DNA of 64,000 bases, taken from IMG/VR virus record IMGVR_UViG_2791355405_000002, positions 28,744-92,743 of that record; one strand, written 5' to 3'. Numbering within the stretch: position 1 is the first letter of the stretch; the number at the start of each line of letters is the position of its first letter. The position numbers and the translations under genes were made by a program. The notes beneath the pieces are model-generated. The model did not search any database and was not told where the DNA came from. It worked only from the letters and a program-made list of their open reading frames with translations. Shown piece after piece: positions 62,092 to 64,000 of this stretch. Source of the DNA: a virus. Lineage: Duplodnaviria > Caudoviricetes.

Positions 62092-62858
62092 AGTCGCCTC
62101 CTCAGCATCCGGTCCACGTCGTAGACACGGGCCCGGCGGCGTAGGCCGTCCGGGTTCTCGGAGGCCAGGAACAGGTCCACGAGGTACAAGCCGGTACGGC
62201 CGTCCTTGAGAAGCTGACCCATGTCCGGGTACTGGATCGTGACGCCCTGGCGGACGAGCTGCGTCACGCCCGGGGGCAGACGGCAGTCGACGCCGGAGCC
62301 GGCCTTGAGGATCTCGCAGGCGAGTTCGCCCATCGCGAGGCGGCCGGAGTCCGGCACATCCTCGCCGAACACAGCCGTCACCGACCAGGTGCCCGGTTGA
62401 CTGTCGTCCAGGGCGAGATTGTTGCAGCGCGGCCACGGCTCGCCATCGGTCCGCATCAACGCCGCGCCGTCCAGCCGGTAAGAGCCAGTCACCATCGGCG
62501 CGCCGTCCAGCCGCACTTCCACGACGCGGCTCACACTGTCGGGCAGCCGGACGGTAGGGATGTGCCTGCACGAGCAGCCGGACGAACAACCGCCGGCGCA
62601 GTACGGCGTGCGGTAGAAGTCCCACGGAGGCATCGAGTAGCCGGCCCGCCAGTCCCACAGCGGGATGGACGTCCAGTCGCCGCAGTCGTCCGCGCACGGC
62701 CGCAGAGTCGCCTCACACTGCCCGAAACGGCGCCCGGACAACGCCCACAGCACCCGCGTGGCAGCGGACACCGCGTACCCGGTCAGCTCAGGTGAGTAGG
62801 CCGAGACGTCGCACGTCCAGTAGATCGGCCACGCCTCGCACGGCCCGAGTTCAGCCAC
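62088..62858 (-). CDS. Head-to-tail adaptor
   Basis: LWALSGRRFG, WPRC, CRLP.GV..LVRQGV, TGL..VDLF. Confidence 0.8.
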   Translation of the reverse strand: MAELGPCEAWPIYWTCDVSAYSPELTGYAVSAATRVLWALSGRRFGQCEATLRPCADDCGDWTSIPLWDWRAGYSMPPWDFYRTPYCAGGCSSGCSCRHIPTVRLPDSVSRVVEVRLDGAPMVTGSYRLDGAALMRTDGEPWPRCNNLALDDSQPGTWSVTAVFGEDVPDSGRLAMGELACEILKAGSGVDCRLPPGVTQLVRQGVTIQYPDMGQLLKDGRTGLYLVDLFLASENPDGLRRRARVYDVDRMLRRRL

Positions 62859-62871
62859 GGTGCCCTCCCTG

Positions 62872-63354
62872 TCAGGCTGCGAACCGCGCGATGCCGTTGC
62901 TCGACCAGACCACAGTGAACGAGCCCGAGACAACCGGCTGCGGGCCGCCGAAGTAGAGGTAGGCCACGCCCTGATCGGCGACCGTGCCGCCAACGATGGA
63001 GTCGTCGTAGATGAGGCAGCCGTACGCGTCGGACAGGGTGACGGTGCCTGCGGCGGGGAGGTCGGCCGCGTCGAACATCACCACCCCCGCCTCTGGGGTG
63101 GTGAAGGTCTTGGAGGTCAGGGCCCGGCCGCCGGCGGGCCAGTTGGTACCGCCGGAGATCTCGCGCGCCGTCGTCCAGGTGCCCGTGCCGTACCCGGTCT
63201 CGGCGGTCACCGCGTCCCGGTCCGGGGTGACGGTGTTGTCGAACAGGGCGACCTTGACGGTGTCGGAGTCTAGGCCCGTGTAGCCGGTCCCGGAGGCCTG
63301 CATCATCGGGCCCTGGACCCACGACCGGAAGGCCCTGCTGTCCGTCCACGCCAT
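62872..63354 (-). CDS. Virion structural protein
   Basis: DTVKVALF..EISG..GG..L..FDAAD motif. Confidence 0.7.
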   Translation of the reverse strand: MAWTDSRAFRSWVQGPMMQASGTGYTGLDSDTVKVALFDNTVTPDRDAVTAETGYGTGTWTTAREISGGTNWPAGGRALTSKTFTTPEAGVVMFDAADLPAAGTVTLSDAYGCLIYDDSIVGGTVADQGVAYLYFGGPQPVVSGSFTVVWSSNGIARFAA

Positions 63355-63357
63355 CGC

Positions 63358-63651
63358 TCAGACCTTCCTCACGTGCGCGGTGGGGGCGAAGGCCACGCAG
63401 TCCCGTCCGTCGTCCCGCTCCGTGACCACGGACATCACCGGCCGCCCTTCGTCGTCGTACCGCACGTCCTCGCCGCCGACGTAGTCCTCCCGAACCACGG
63501 CCCGCACGCGGGCCCGCACCCCCTCCAGGACCATCGGGGCGAGCAGGCCGGCGAGGCCGGGACATGTGTGGAAACGGTTGTCTGCCCCGACTGTCACGGC
63601 TGTGGCCGGGCAGTTGGGGCAGACCCAGTGCTGCTCGCTGGTCAGGATCAC
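63358..63651 (-). CDS. Hypothetical protein
   Basis: GTG overlapping the major tail stop; CPNC..H.C. Confidence 0.6.
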   Translation of the reverse strand: MILTSEQHWVCPNCPATAVTVGADNRFHTCPGLAGLLAPMVLEGVRARVRAVVREDYVGGEDVRYDDEGRPVMSVVTERDDGRDCVAFAPTAHVRKV

Positions 63652-64000
63652 GTCAGCGTCAGCGGGTTGACCTGCGGCGCCGGTGGCGGAGTAGTCGTGA
63701 TGTTCCACAGCCAGTGCTCGCCGGCTCGGGCCGACTCCCCCACCGGGAGCCAGGACGTGGACCCCGGCCCGTCACCCCACCCGATGGTCGGTGTCGTGGA
63801 AACCGCCTGTGTCTCGGACTGGATCTGGAGGGTGGACCGTCCGTTCTCCACGGTGTACGTGCCGATGCGGGAGGCGCCGACGTTGGGCCACGCGTTGTAG
63901 ATGTAGCGCTGCGCTCCGGACGGGTCGCACGAGCCGGACCCGGCGACGCGCTGCCAGACCTCCAGCGAGTACCGGTTGGACGGCGAACCCTCTGCGAATG
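63648..64000 (-). CDS. Major tail protein (C-terminal part; begins beyond the window)
   Basis: Open frame from the window end: SLEVWQ..YIY.AWP...ENG...WGDGP. Confidence 0.7.
   Translation of the reverse strand, partial: FAEGSPSNRYSLEVWQRVAGSGSCDPSGAQRYIYNAWPNVGASRIGTYTVENGRSTLQIQSETQAVSTTPTIGWGDGPGSTSWLPVGESARAGEHWLWNITTTPPPAPQVNPLTLT

Overview
High-GC segment of a Streptomyces-type temperate siphophage with plasmid functions (a phage-plasmid reminiscent of pZL12). It carries a ParA partition pair, a TraA/TraB/Spd conjugation module and no integrase in this window. From left to right: leftward early genes and a 1445-aa primase + SF3 helicase + family-A polymerase fusion; a recombination block (SF2 helicase, PD-(D/E)XK exonuclease, SSB, RuvC); the transfer module; about 23 kb of small rightward genes organised in repeated terminator/promoter/operator/leader cassettes, including two C5 methyltransferases, a DUF262 protein, a RapZ-CTD protein and sugar enzymes; parA; whiB; then leftward lysis, tail, tape-measure and neck genes ending in a partial major tail gene. 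The most striking non-coding signal is a set of tRNA-shaped RNAs. In one (42592-42692) the anticodon arm is replaced by a long stem whose loop is the reverse complement of the conserved translation-initiation leader found before dozens of the element's own genes. Other unexplained structure: a 213-nt closed-stem ncRNA, two copies of an origin-like inverted repeat 49 kb apart, a duplicated parS-like palindrome, and three stand-alone paralogues of the TraB winged-helix domain. All calls are by-eye motif recognition; no searches were run.
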